DNA of 64,000 nucleotides. Origin: Ignavibacteriota bacterium. GTDB lineage: Bacteria; Bacteroidota; Ignavibacteria; UBA10030; UBA6906. The stretch spans positions 224,001-288,000 of the forward strand of contig CAWDEM010000004.1 in NCBI GenBank assembly GCA_963801355.1. Reading direction: 5' to 3'. Positions 38,066-48,181 of this stretch are shown one piece after another. The stretch's first letter is position 1; every line of letters begins with the position of its first letter. Made by a program: the position numbers and the translations under genes. The notes under the pieces are model-generated. The model was not told where the DNA came from, did no database searches, and worked only from the letters and a program-made list of their open reading frames with translations.

Positions 38066-40021
38066 GTGCTTTCAGCAGTTGACATATCGCTCCAGTATGC
38101 CGACCGCCGTCTCCTCGACGGCGTGACGTTCCATATCGGCCCGACCGACCGCATCGGCCTGGTGGGTGCAAACGGTTCGGGGAAATCCACACTGCTGCGG
38201 ATCCTTCTGGGCGAGATCATGCCCGACGCCGGCACCGTGACGCGGGCAAAGTATGTCACCGTCGGGTATCTGCCCCAGGAAGGAACGGCACTAGCCGGGC
38301 GTTCGCTGTACACGGAAGTGGAATCGGTGTTTGCGGATATCGTGCGCACGCGCGAACAGCTTGACCAGCTGCAGGAAGCCATGGCGACGACGCCGCACGA
38401 TACCGAGGCCTTCCGCGAGATGCTGGAGATCTTCGGGGAGTTGCAGCACCGCCTCGAAGCGGCGGACGGATTCCGCCTGTCTTCCTCCATCGAGAAAGTG
38501 CTGCTCGGCCTCGGCTTTACGCAACAAGACTTCACCCGCCTCACCGACGAGTTCAGCGGAGGTTGGCAGATGCGCATTGCGCTCGCCAAGCTTCTGCTGC
38601 TCCAGCCCTCATTGCTTCTGCTCGATGAGCCCACCAATCATCTCGATCTGGATTCCCTGCAGTGGCTCGAAGAGTACCTGCAATCGTACCGTGGTGCCGT
38701 GGTGCTGGTATCGCACGACCGGCGATTCCTGGATACCATGACACGGCGCACCTTTGAACTGAGCTTCGGCACGCTGACGGACTACGCCGGCAACTTCAGT
38801 TTCTTCCTGGAGGCCCGCGAAGAGCGGCGTGCACTGCAGCGTGCGGCGTTCCGCAATCAACAGCAACAGATCAAGCAGACCGAGCGTTTCATCGAACGAT
38901 TCCGCTACAAGGCGACGAAGGCGCGGCAGGTGCAAAGCCGCATCAAACAGCTGGATAAACTCGAGATCATCCGCCTGGAGGACGAAGAGGACGAAATCCA
39001 TTTTTCGTTCCCCGCTTCCCCTCCCTCCGGCAAAATCTCCGTGACGCTCAGAGACATCGCGAAGTCGTACGGCGCCCTGCAGGTCTTTGCGCACCTGGAT
39101 CTGCAGATCGATCGCGATGACCGGATTGCGTTTGTCGGTGTGAACGGCGCCGGGAAGTCCACACTCGCACGTATCATCGCGGGCGTCGAGGGTGTTGATG
39201 CCGGCGAGCGCGTGCCCGGCCATAATGTCGTGGTGTCCTACTTTGCGCAGCACCAGGCGGAAGAACTCGACCCGGCGTTTGATGTGCTGCAAACCGTGGA
39301 AGCCGTCGCCGTGGGAGATGTGCGGCGGCATCTCCGCACGCTGCTCGGCTGTTTTTTGTTTCACGGAGACGATGTGTTCAAGAAAGTCTCCATATTGTCG
39401 GGCGGCGAAAAGAGCCGGCTGGCGCTGGCGAAGATGCTCCTGACCCCCGCCAACCTCGTTGTGCTCGATGAGCCCACGAACCATCTGGATATGCGCTCGA
39501 AAGCCGTCCTGCAGGATGCTCTCGCGGAGTTCGAAGGCAGCATGGTGATTGTGTCACACGATCGGGATTTTCTCGACCCTCTGGTCAGCAAGGTCGTGGA
39601 ATTCAAAAACGGGCGCATTCGTACGCTGCTCGGGAATGTGAGCGAGTACCTTGCCGTCCGTGAAATCCAGGAGGCCGCAACCGCATCCGGGCGGGAGCCG
39701 GCGGCTTCTGCTGCCGGCAAGGAACGCAAACGGCGGGAAGCGGAGCTGCGGAATGAACGCTATGCCCGCACAAAACCGTTGCAGGAAAAACTCGCGCACG
39801 TGGAAGCGGAGATCGAGCAGCTCGAGCAGATCAAGAAGGACCTTGAGGCAACGATGGCGGATCCCGAGGCGTATCGCAGCGGCGAAGCGCTCCGCGAGGT
39901 GCATGCCAGCTACAGGACCAACGGCGAACAGCTGATGGACCTGTACCACCGGTGGGGCAGGATCAGCGATGAGCTTGAGAAGGTCATGGCGGAGTTTGCC
40001 GAACACACGGAGCGGCCATGA
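38066..40021 (+). CDS. ABC-F family ATPase (ribosome-associated)
   Basis: Two Walker A motifs (GANGSGKS, GVNGAGKS), FSGGW and LSGGE, LDEPTNHLD twice, C-terminal coiled coil, no TM segment. Confidence 0.95.
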   Translation: MLSAVDISLQYADRRLLDGVTFHIGPTDRIGLVGANGSGKSTLLRILLGEIMPDAGTVTRAKYVTVGYLPQEGTALAGRSLYTEVESVFADIVRTREQLDQLQEAMATTPHDTEAFREMLEIFGELQHRLEAADGFRLSSSIEKVLLGLGFTQQDFTRLTDEFSGGWQMRIALAKLLLLQPSLLLLDEPTNHLDLDSLQWLEEYLQSYRGAVVLVSHDRRFLDTMTRRTFELSFGTLTDYAGNFSFFLEAREERRALQRAAFRNQQQQIKQTERFIERFRYKATKARQVQSRIKQLDKLEIIRLEDEEDEIHFSFPASPPSGKISVTLRDIAKSYGALQVFAHLDLQIDRDDRIAFVGVNGAGKSTLARIIAGVEGVDAGERVPGHNVVVSYFAQHQAEELDPAFDVLQTVEAVAVGDVRRHLRTLLGCFLFHGDDVFKKVSILSGGEKSRLALAKMLLTPANLVVLDEPTNHLDMRSKAVLQDALAEFEGSMVIVSHDRDFLDPLVSKVVEFKNGRIRTLLGNVSEYLAVREIQEAATASGREPAASAAGKERKRREAELRNERYARTKPLQEKLAHVEAEIEQLEQIKKDLEATMADPEAYRSGEALREVHASYRTNGEQLMDLYHRWGRISDELEKVMAEFAEHTERP

Positions 40022-41439
40022 AGCGCGGTGACGAACTGGTCATGACGGTTGAGCGGTACGGCGCGGAAGGAAAAGGTGTCGCCCGGGTCGATGGATTCGT
40101 TGTGTTTGTCCGCGGTGGTGTTCCGGGCGATGTTGTGTGCGGACGGCTGACCAGGGTGAGCAAGAATTTTGCCGAAGCGGCGATTGTGGCGGTGACGGCG
40201 CCTTCGCCGCACCGCGTCTCACCGCGGTGCCGCTATTTCGGAACATGCGGCGGATGTGTGTGGCAGCATCTCGCATATCCGGCCCAGCGGGAATTCAAGC
40301 GCCAGCAAGTAGGAGATGCGCTGGAACACATCGGGGGGTTTCCCGGGATTGATGTGCAGCCGACCCTCGGCGCAGACGATCCCTTCTACTACCGCAACAA
40401 AATGGAGTTTTCATTCGGTGTCCGCTGGCTCACGCGTGAGGAACTCGACGCGGCGGAGCACCGGGACGGGGAGCAGTCACCATTACACAGGTTCGCCCTC
40501 GGCCTGCACATTCCGCAACGCTTCGACCGTGTGCTGGATATCCACGAGTGTTTTCTGCAATCGGCGGAAAGTGCAGCCATCGTGAATGCCGTCAGAGAAT
40601 TTGCGGAACTGCGGGAACTGACCATCTACTCCACGCTGACGCACACCGGGTACCTGCGCAATCTGGTCATCCGCGAAGGGAGGCATACAGGGGACCGTAT
40701 GGTCAACCTGGTCACCTCCGATGAACAACCGGCTCTCATGGGTGAATTCGCCGGAATGATACGCACCCGCTTTCCTTCCGTCACGACCATTGTGAACAAT
40801 ATCACGACGCGGAAATCCCAGGTGGCCACCGGCGATCGCGAAGTGGTGCTGTACGGACCCGGGTTCATCCGCGAGCGTATCGGCACGCGCGTCTACAACA
40901 TCTCGGCGAACTCCTTCTTTCAGACCAATACGCTGCAGGCGGAACGCCTCTACGATACGGTGCGGCAGATGGCCGATCTGCAGCCGACCGATACCGTGTT
41001 CGACCTGTATTCGGGGACCGGCACCATTGCGCTTCACGTGGCGGCCGATGTGGCCTCGGTCCTGGGCATCGAATCCGTACCCGGCGCAGTGGCCGATGCG
41101 CAGCGCAACGCCGCGGAACAGGGCATCACCAACTGTACGTTTCTGCTCGGTGATCTGAAGGAACGGATCGTCGATGACAGCCGCCTGATCGCGGCACATG
41201 GGTCACCGACTGTCATCATCGCCGATCCGCCGCGCGCGGGAATGCACCCGAAAGTCGTCGCCCGCATCAAGGAAATGCACTCGCCGCGCGTCGTGTACGT
41301 GAGCTGTAATCCCGCGACGCAGGCGCGGGATCTGAAGGTGTTGTGTGCCGGCGGCGCCTATACCATTGACCGGGTGCAGCCGGTGGACATGTTTCCCCAT
41401 ACGATGCATGTGGAAAACATCGTGCGATTGATCGGATAG
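40018..41439 (+). CDS. rlmD: 23S rRNA (uracil1939-C5)-methyltransferase with TRAM and [4Fe-4S] motif
   Basis: TRAM domain, CRYFGTCGGC, SFFQTN, DPPRAG, YVSCNP, DMFPHTMHVE. Confidence 0.92.
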   Translation: MKRGDELVMTVERYGAEGKGVARVDGFVVFVRGGVPGDVVCGRLTRVSKNFAEAAIVAVTAPSPHRVSPRCRYFGTCGGCVWQHLAYPAQREFKRQQVGDALEHIGGFPGIDVQPTLGADDPFYYRNKMEFSFGVRWLTREELDAAEHRDGEQSPLHRFALGLHIPQRFDRVLDIHECFLQSAESAAIVNAVREFAELRELTIYSTLTHTGYLRNLVIREGRHTGDRMVNLVTSDEQPALMGEFAGMIRTRFPSVTTIVNNITTRKSQVATGDREVVLYGPGFIRERIGTRVYNISANSFFQTNTLQAERLYDTVRQMADLQPTDTVFDLYSGTGTIALHVAADVASVLGIESVPGAVADAQRNAAEQGITNCTFLLGDLKERIVDDSRLIAAHGSPTVIIADPPRAGMHPKVVARIKEMHSPRVVYVSCNPATQARDLKVLCAGGAYTIDRVQPVDMFPHTMHVENIVRLIG

Positions 41440-41443
41440 CCAG

Positions 41444-43984
41444 GTGTACGCCCACTCCACTCACGGCATGCGCCGGGTGTCCTTCCGGCAACCCGACGGC
41501 GGCATCGCCCGCCTTCCGCACGTCTGCGTGTTGCTCTTGCTCGCACTCTTCGTCTGCATCCCGGCCGGGGCGGCCACACCGGACAACACTCCTCGCACCA
41601 TTGCCGCCACCCGTGCCGTCATCCCCCCCCGCATCGACGGATACCTCACCGACAGTTGCTGGCAACTTGCCGCGCCCACATCGGCGTTCACGCAGTATGA
41701 CCCCCGGGAAGGAGCCGCACCCACGGAAGAAACAGCTGTGCGCCTGCTCTACAATGATGACGCACTGTTCGTCGGCGTGGCGTGTGGTGACAGAGTGCCC
41801 CAGGGGATTGTGCGGCAGCTGAGCCGGCGGGACCGGAGCACGGAAGCGGACAGATTCACGGTCATGATCGACTCCTTCTTCGACCGGCAGACAGGTTTCG
41901 TGTTTTCCACCAACGTGTCGGGGGTTCAGAGCGACGGCGTGCTTTCACAAGGAGGATCCGTCTACGATATCACGTGGGATGCGGTATGGCAGGTGGAAAC
42001 GCAACAGGGACCGTGGGGGTGGTCCGCAGAATTTGTCATCCCCTGGAGTGCCCTCCGTTTCTCTGAACGCCAGAAAGGCGTCTACACCTGGGGGATCAAC
42101 TTCCGCCGGTACATCAGCCGGAAAAGGGAGACCATTGAATGGGTGATGGTCCCGCGAAGCGAACGGTATTCGATTCCTTTCTGGGGAACAATCCGGGGAA
42201 TTCAGGACATCCATGCACCTCTGCATCTGGAGATCGCACCGTACGCTTCTGTGCTGCAGACGAGCACCACGGGAAATGTTGTGCCGCCTGTACGCTCTTC
42301 TCATGAGATACAGTACGGTCTTGACGTGAAGTACGGGCTGACCCGGAATTTCACACTCGATGCCACACTCAACCCTGATTTCGGACAGGTGGAGGTGGAT
42401 GCATCGGTTCTGAATCTCACGGTATTTGAGACTCTCTTTCCGGAAAAACGTCCCTTCTTCCTTGAAGGCGCCCAGATGTTCACGTTCGGAGGGGCTGCAG
42501 ACAACACCCCGGTGACACTCTTCTTCTCGCGCCGCATCGGGCGTGAGCCGGCGGGCAGTGCCGCAGTCACCGCTCCCGCCGGCGGCACGGTGGAGGACAA
42601 CCCCCGGGTGACCACGATTCTCGGTGCTGCGAAACTTACTGGCCGAACCGCGTCCGGTCTCTCCATTGCGGCGTTGTCGTCACTGACCGATGAGGAACAG
42701 GCGACGCTCTGGGGACCGGCCGGCCGCACGACCGTGCGGACAGAACCGATGGGCAGCTACAACGTCCTGCGGATCAAGCAGGAAGGCGAGGGAGGATCGT
42801 GGTACGGCGGAATCGCCACGCTTGCTGCGCGCGAGAAGATACACCCGGCGCTTTCCGGGGGCATCGACTGGAATCAGCGGTTCGCGCGCGGCAAATACAC
42901 CGCCGACGGGTATCTCGCCGGCGCACGCGGGTATTCCTCGGGGGCGCTGCGCAACGGCGCCGCAGGCCGGCTGCTCCTGATGCGCATCAGTGCAGATCAC
43001 TGGTTTCCCGCGGTCTCGTATGATTTCGCGACGCCGGAATTTTCCATCAATGATCTTGGTTTCTTTGCGCGACCCCGTGACCATGGCGGCTACTTCCAGA
43101 TGTTGTACCACGAGAACAATTCGTCGGGTGTCTTCTGGCGGTACAACTTCAATGTCAATCCCGAGCTGCGATGGAACTGGGACGACGCCGTTCTCACGCA
43201 TGCCGATCTGCGTCTGGAGGCCACCGGCGAGCTGCGGAACTTCTGGCAACTCGGGTTTCTCTACACGCGCAAGTTTCCAGCGTATGATGACAGCGAAAGA
43301 GGTATTCTCGGGCTCTACCGCAGGCCGGGGAGCAATGATGTCACGCTGACGGTGCTGACCGACGAGCGGCGTGCGATTTCCGCGCACATGACGGGAGGAA
43401 TGGCGTTCGGTGATGCAGGAGAACGGGGGACAACACTGCAGACGACGCTGACGGTGCGTCCGACCTCGTGGATGGAACTCTCACCTGCTCTCTACTACCA
43501 GCGCGTGGCGGATGCGGTCGCCTGGGTGTATCCCGGCGGCACGATCATCGACAATACGATCAGCAGCGTGCCGGTCAGCCTCTTCGGCACACGGAACCTC
43601 GAGCAGCTTGACCTGTCCCTGCGCGGGATTGTCACCTTCTCCCGTACACTCTCCGTACAGTTCTTCCTGCAATCGTTTGTTGCCCGCGGTGCATACCGCC
43701 ACTATCAATGGCTTGCCGCGGACGGCCGGCTCCGCCCGTATGCCTCCGGAGGATACGGTCCGCTCTTTACCGGCAACGACTTCAACACGATGAACTTCAA
43801 CGCGAATGTGCTGCTGCGGTGGGAGTATCTTCCCGGCAGTGCGGTGTACCTGGTCTGGACGCAGGGACGATTCGGGGACACGGGTGACTACGGCACAGGT
43901 GTCGTACGGAGAGTCGGCGACACCTGGACGCTGCCGCGGCAGGATGCGATTGTGCTGAAGGCCAGCTACTGGTTTTCACTGTAG
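41444..43984 (+). CDS. CBM9-like plus DUF5916 outer-membrane protein
   Basis: Signal peptide, PRIDGYL, GWSAEFVIPWSALRF, NPDFGQVEVD, EKRPFFLEG, RWEYLPGS, LKASYW end; start 41444 GTG or 41468 ATG. Confidence 0.8.
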   Translation: MYAHSTHGMRRVSFRQPDGGIARLPHVCVLLLLALFVCIPAGAATPDNTPRTIAATRAVIPPRIDGYLTDSCWQLAAPTSAFTQYDPREGAAPTEETAVRLLYNDDALFVGVACGDRVPQGIVRQLSRRDRSTEADRFTVMIDSFFDRQTGFVFSTNVSGVQSDGVLSQGGSVYDITWDAVWQVETQQGPWGWSAEFVIPWSALRFSERQKGVYTWGINFRRYISRKRETIEWVMVPRSERYSIPFWGTIRGIQDIHAPLHLEIAPYASVLQTSTTGNVVPPVRSSHEIQYGLDVKYGLTRNFTLDATLNPDFGQVEVDASVLNLTVFETLFPEKRPFFLEGAQMFTFGGAADNTPVTLFFSRRIGREPAGSAAVTAPAGGTVEDNPRVTTILGAAKLTGRTASGLSIAALSSLTDEEQATLWGPAGRTTVRTEPMGSYNVLRIKQEGEGGSWYGGIATLAAREKIHPALSGGIDWNQRFARGKYTADGYLAGARGYSSGALRNGAAGRLLLMRISADHWFPAVSYDFATPEFSINDLGFFARPRDHGGYFQMLYHENNSSGVFWRYNFNVNPELRWNWDDAVLTHADLRLEATGELRNFWQLGFLYTRKFPAYDDSERGILGLYRRPGSNDVTLTVLTDERRAISAHMTGGMAFGDAGERGTTLQTTLTVRPTSWMELSPALYYQRVADAVAWVYPGGTIIDNTISSVPVSLFGTRNLEQLDLSLRGIVTFSRTLSVQFFLQSFVARGAYRHYQWLAADGRLRPYASGGYGPLFTGNDFNTMNFNANVLLRWEYLPGSAVYLVWTQGRFGDTGDYGTGVVRRVGDTWTLPRQDAIVLKASYWFSL

Positions 43985-43991
43985 AGGGAAT

Positions 43992-44900
43992 CTACGGAAG
44001 GGTTCGCTCGAAAAAGCTGACAATGCGCGTGAAGTATTCCTCCCCGCCTTTTTCCACCACATCATTGTGCCTTGCCCCCGGGATCAGCCAGAGCTCCTTG
44101 GGTTCATTGGCGTTGCGGAACACTTCCTCCGACGCAGACGACGGAATCTTGTTGTCGGCCGTACCATGCATCAGCAACAGGGGGACACGCACCTGCTTGA
44201 CCGCCTGCACGGGAGACACCAGTGATGCCTTGAAGTGTGCGATCTGCTCGGAGCGCTTGATGACAAGGTTACGCAGGTAGTGCCACGGGATCTTTACGAT
44301 GCGTTTCTGGTATTCGTCATACACCCTCCGCAGCGATGCAAACCCGCTTTCGGCGACCACCGCGGCAACACGCGTATCCAGCGCCGCAACCTGAATCGCG
44401 ACCGCCGCCCCCATGGAAGACCCCATCAACCCGATGCGCTTCAGATGCAGATCCTGCCGCGTCTCCAGGTAATTGATGATGGTGGAAACATCCAGTTTCT
44501 CGTAGAAGCCGTACGTGCACACGTGTCCTCCACTTTCGCCGTGGCGGCGGGAATCATGAAGGAAGACATTGAATCCGGCATCGTGCAGGCGCTTCGCGAT
44601 CGGGAGTCCCACAATCTTGCACTCGCTCACCCCGTGAAGGAATACCACCGTACCGCGGGCCTGCGTCCCGGCGGATATCAACCAGCAACTCAGCACAATG
44701 CCTTCGGCGGTCTTCAGTTGAATGTCCTCGTACGGCATCCCCAGATCGGAAGGATGCAACACCGTCGTGTAGCGGCGGTAGTATTCGAGCGTGCGCCGGT
44801 GGGGCTGGAGCAGCATCGCCGGCCCGATGATCAGCAGGACCGTCGAAAGGAACACCATAAAGAGAACGATGAACAGCACCACAATCAGGATCTCAGTCAT
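43992..44900 (-). CDS. Membrane-anchored alpha/beta hydrolase (Ser-Asp-His)
   Basis: N-terminal TM helix, FLHG, RRHGESGG, GSSMG, HGTADN, GARHN. Confidence 0.9.
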   Translation of the reverse strand: MTEILIVVLFIVLFMVFLSTVLLIIGPAMLLQPHRRTLEYYRRYTTVLHPSDLGMPYEDIQLKTAEGIVLSCWLISAGTQARGTVVFLHGVSECKIVGLPIAKRLHDAGFNVFLHDSRRHGESGGHVCTYGFYEKLDVSTIINYLETRQDLHLKRIGLMGSSMGAAVAIQVAALDTRVAAVVAESGFASLRRVYDEYQKRIVKIPWHYLRNLVIKRSEQIAHFKASLVSPVQAVKQVRVPLLLMHGTADNKIPSSASEEVFRNANEPKELWLIPGARHNDVVEKGGEEYFTRIVSFFERTLP

Positions 44901-44905
44901 GGAAT

Positions 44906-44934
44906 AATATACGGACCGGCGATGCACGATGCAA
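44906..44934 (-). promoter_or_regulatory. sigma70 promoter, leaderless hydrolase gene
   Basis: Minus strand TTGCAT, 17 nt, TATATT, then 5 nt to ATG 44900. Confidence 0.65.
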
Positions 44935-44941
44935 TCGCCGG

Positions 44942-44970
44942 TGGACAATGGACGGCCATTTTCGTACTTT
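44942..44970 (+). promoter_or_regulatory. sigma70 promoter of the glycosyltransferase gene
   Basis: TGGACA, 17 nt, TACTTT. Confidence 0.5.
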
Positions 44971-44998
44971 GCGCAGTCCGATGAGAGATCGTGGAGAC

Positions 44999-46132
44999 AT
45001 GACCCGGCCGTTGCGCATTGCCATAGTGCATGAGTGGTTCACGTCCATGCGTGGAGGTGAAAAATGCGTCGAGGCGCTCTGCGAAGTATTTCCGGACGCG
45101 ACGCTCCATGCGCTCCTGCATGTCAGGGGTTCGGTGTCACCCGTCATCGAGCGGATGCCCATACGCACATCATTCGTGCAGCACCTGCCGTTCGCCGCCA
45201 CGCGCTACAGACACTACCTGCCGCTCTTTCCCGCCGCCATCAGCCGGTTTGACCTTTCAGCATTTGACATCGTCATCAGTTCGCATCACTGCGCAGCGAA
45301 GGGGGTCCGCACAGCGTCCCACACGCTGCACATCTGTTACTGCTACACACCGATGCGCTACATCTGGACGCAATATGACGACTACTTTGGTGCAGGGCGG
45401 TCGGATGCGGTGACCCGTCTGGGCATGGCTGCCGCGGTGGGATACCTGCGCCGGTGGGACCTCCGCACGGCAAAGAACCCCCATTACTTCGTTGCCATCT
45501 CAGAGAACATACGCGCCCGGATACGCACCATCTATGGCCGCGAATCGGAAGTCATCTATCCACCCGTGGAAACCGGCACACTGGTCGTCGCTGCCGAACA
45601 TGAAGGCTTCGATCTCGTCGTGAGCGCGCTGGTGCCGTACAAACGGATCGACCTGGCAATCGAGGCCTATACCCGCATGGGGAAACGCCTCGTGGTAATC
45701 GGCGACGGGCCCGATCTCGCGCGGTTGAGACAGTCAGGAGGGCCTACGGTGCAATTCCTGGGCTGGCGAACGGACGAAGAGGTGCGCGATCATTTCCGGC
45801 GTTGCCGGGCGGTGGTTTTTCCCGGAGAGGAAGACTTCGGCATTGTTCCGGTGGAAGCCATTGCATGCGGGAAACCGGTGGTGGCATTTGCCCGCGGAGG
45901 GGCCCTGGAAACCGTTCTGGACGGTCCCGGTCTCCGCACGGGGGTGCTCTTTGAGCAACAAACCGTCGAATCGCTGACCGGGGCAGTGTTAAAACTGGAC
46001 ACGCAGACCTTTGATCCTATGGCGATGCACGCTTTTGCGCTGAAATTCGATCGTGAGATATTCAAGCAAAAGATGAAAGACTTCATTTTCGGGAAATGGG
46101 AAAGTTTTCGGAGCGGCCACCTGCAACCGTAA
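44999..46132 (+). CDS. Glycosyltransferase family 4
   Basis: HEW...RGGEK, YTPMRY, IYPPV, PYKRID, EDFGIVPVEA; GGAG RBS. Confidence 0.92.
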   Translation: MTRPLRIAIVHEWFTSMRGGEKCVEALCEVFPDATLHALLHVRGSVSPVIERMPIRTSFVQHLPFAATRYRHYLPLFPAAISRFDLSAFDIVISSHHCAAKGVRTASHTLHICYCYTPMRYIWTQYDDYFGAGRSDAVTRLGMAAAVGYLRRWDLRTAKNPHYFVAISENIRARIRTIYGRESEVIYPPVETGTLVVAAEHEGFDLVVSALVPYKRIDLAIEAYTRMGKRLVVIGDGPDLARLRQSGGPTVQFLGWRTDEEVRDHFRRCRAVVFPGEEDFGIVPVEAIACGKPVVAFARGGALETVLDGPGLRTGVLFEQQTVESLTGAVLKLDTQTFDPMAMHAFALKFDREIFKQKMKDFIFGKWESFRSGHLQP

Positions 46133-46161
46133 GTAATAAAACACGTTAGCCATTCCCGGCG

Positions 46162-46190
46162 TTGACTTTCGCAACTGTTTTCGCTACATT
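46162..46190 (+). promoter_or_regulatory. sigma70 promoter of the M23-bactofilin-atp operon
   Basis: TTGACT, 17 nt, TACATT, then GAGGAG RBS and ATG 46213. Confidence 0.7.
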
Positions 46191-46212
46191 AATACGATTT
46201 GAAGCTGAGGAG

Positions 46213-47106
46213 ATGCCAGCACAAGAGGCAAAGCGGAAGAAACGGACGCGACGTTTTGCCATCCTCTTTGTTCCAGAAGATGGGAGGGCGCCCTTCCGGT
46301 TTCGCGCGGGGTGGTTGAAGCTGGGACTTCTCGCGGCTTCGCTGTTCCTTGCTGGCGTCGGGTTCACGCTCGCCACGTTGATTTTTACTCCGGTGGTGAT
46401 GTACCTGCCGATTCCCAATCCTGCACTGGAAGCGAAGTATGGCAGACAGCTGACAGAGACACAGCAGAAGCTGAATGCCCTGGTGGAGGATGTGGCGTTG
46501 CTGCAAGACTATAACCAGCAGTTGCGCAAGGCGCTCGGACAAAGCGAGACCGCCAACCGTGTGGCAGACCAGAAGGCCCAGGCCTCACCTCCACCGACCG
46601 TGGACCGGGTGCAAGCAAGTGAAGATCTCCGGCAGTTGGATCAGATGACCGCGGGCGAAGCACAGGTCACGGTGCTTCAGGCCGCACCGACCGTCGCCCC
46701 AGTCCACCCGACAGGTGCAGCACAGCTGCCCATGCTTCAACCCGTGGCCGGCTTCATCTCCCAGGGATTCAACCCGTCCCGGCATCACTTCGGGATGGAT
46801 ATAGCAGCAAAGCTCGGGACGCCCGTGAGTGCAGCGACGGACGGATTCGTGGTGTATGCCGGCTGGAGTTATGAGGACGGCAATATGCTTATCCTGTCGC
46901 ACAGGTCAGGCTATCTCACGGTCTACAAACACAACCAGTTGATTCTGAAGACCATCGGGACCTCGGTACGGCGCGGGGAGATCATCTCCCTGCTGGGGTC
47001 TTCCGGACAAACAAGTCAAGGGCCGCATCTGCATTTTGAAGTCTGGAAAGATGGCATTCCGCAGGATCCCGACACATATCTGTTGAGGCGCACGACACTC
47101 CATTAG
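46213..47106 (+). CDS. Membrane-anchored M23 family peptidoglycan endopeptidase
   Basis: Basic N-terminus, TM helix, coiled coil, HFGMD, YKH, GPHLHFE. Confidence 0.9.
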   Translation: MPAQEAKRKKRTRRFAILFVPEDGRAPFRFRAGWLKLGLLAASLFLAGVGFTLATLIFTPVVMYLPIPNPALEAKYGRQLTETQQKLNALVEDVALLQDYNQQLRKALGQSETANRVADQKAQASPPPTVDRVQASEDLRQLDQMTAGEAQVTVLQAAPTVAPVHPTGAAQLPMLQPVAGFISQGFNPSRHHFGMDIAAKLGTPVSAATDGFVVYAGWSYEDGNMLILSHRSGYLTVYKHNQLILKTIGTSVRRGEIISLLGSSGQTSQGPHLHFEVWKDGIPQDPDTYLLRRTTLH

Positions 47107-47151
47107 CACATCCGGGGCGGAGAACACTCAGAGAGAAGAGCGAGGAGAACC

Positions 47152-47511
47152 ATGGCGGACAAACAGGCGAACAGCGAGCTCAGTTTTGTGGGCAGCAGCA
47201 CTGTTGTGGAGGGGAAGATCAAAACGGATGGCAGTATCCGGATTGAAGGGAAGCTGGTCGGCGACCTGGTGTCCAAGGCCAACGCTGCTCTCGGGAGCAA
47301 CGGAGTGGTCGAGGGGACTCTCCATGCGCGCAACGTGACGGTGGCCGGCAAGATCGTCGGCACGGTGACAGCATCGGAGAAACTCATTCTTGAAACCCGG
47401 TCGATGGTCAAGGGCGATATCCGGGCGGCACAGCTGGTGGTGGATGAAGGCGCGGTGTTTGACGGTCATTGTGCAATGAGCGCAGCTCCCGCCACACCGA
47501 AGGGGAACTAA
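47152..47511 (+). CDS. Bactofilin (polymer-forming cytoskeletal protein)
   Basis: VEGKI...IRIEGKLVGDL...VEGTL...VAGKIVG...VKGDI...GAVFDGHCAM beta-helix. Confidence 0.92.
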   Translation: MADKQANSELSFVGSSTVVEGKIKTDGSIRIEGKLVGDLVSKANAALGSNGVVEGTLHARNVTVAGKIVGTVTASEKLILETRSMVKGDIRAAQLVVDEGAVFDGHCAMSAAPATPKGN

Positions 47512-47537
47512 ACGGGCGTGACAGTGCGTGATGAGTC

Positions 47538-47801
47538 ATGAGCTCCGCGCAGGAGGGTCGCACGCGCGGATGGCGCGAGGATATCGGTCCATACCTCACG
47601 ATGGGCATGGAGCTGGCGATTGCTGTTGTGGGGATGTTCTTTATCGGCCGGTGGATGGACGACAGTTGGGGAACCGCACCGTGGGGGATGTACGGAGGAC
47701 TATGCCTCGGCGTCGCCGGCGGGTTCGTCCGCTTCATCCGGCGCGCGCTTGCGCTGGGCGCGACAGAAGACGCGAGGCAGGAGAAGGATGACAAGACTTG
47801 A
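47538..47801 (+). CDS. AtpZ/AtpI family protein
   Basis: GMELA...IGRWMDDSWGTAPW, two TM helices, upstream of the atp genes. Confidence 0.8.
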   Translation: MSSAQEGRTRGWREDIGPYLTMGMELAIAVVGMFFIGRWMDDSWGTAPWGMYGGLCLGVAGGFVRFIRRALALGATEDARQEKDDKT

Positions 47802-48180
47802 CCGGCGGTTCCCACTGCAGGTAGCGCTGACGTTGGGTGGAATTTCGGCCGTCGCGCTGTACCCGCTGCTTACGTGGGGTTCCGCCGAAATGCTTACGGC
47901 GGCAATCGTGGGGGCGGTGCTCAGCACGGGAAACGTGTTGCTCGGTTTTCTCATGATTGAATACGGCTTTGAGAAATCGTACACAACGTTTCTCAAGGCG
48001 GTGTTGGGCGGCATGGGGGTGCGGATGGCCCTCATGCTTGCGGCGTTGCTGGTGTTGATCCTCGCGTGCCACATGCACGCGGTCGCGTTGACACTGTCCG
48101 TGGTGCTGTTCACCATGGTGTATCTTGTCCTGGAGATATTCTATCTCCAGCGTAAAGTGGAGGTCAAGAATCAGGGATAG
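47788..48180 (+). CDS. ATP synthase protein I-like membrane protein
   Basis: Four TM helices, GMGVRM, directly before atpB. Confidence 0.7.
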   Translation: MTRLDRRFPLQVALTLGGISAVALYPLLTWGSAEMLTAAIVGAVLSTGNVLLGFLMIEYGFEKSYTTFLKAVLGGMGVRMALMLAALLVLILACHMHAVALTLSVVLFTMVYLVLEIFYLQRKVEVKNQG

Positions 48181-48181
48181 T

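Noticed and set aside
38066-40021. ABC-F as an antibiotic-resistance gene
   Set aside because: It looks like a housekeeping YheS/YdiF-type protein; I saw no attenuator leader or mobile context, and the subfamily cannot be determined by eye.
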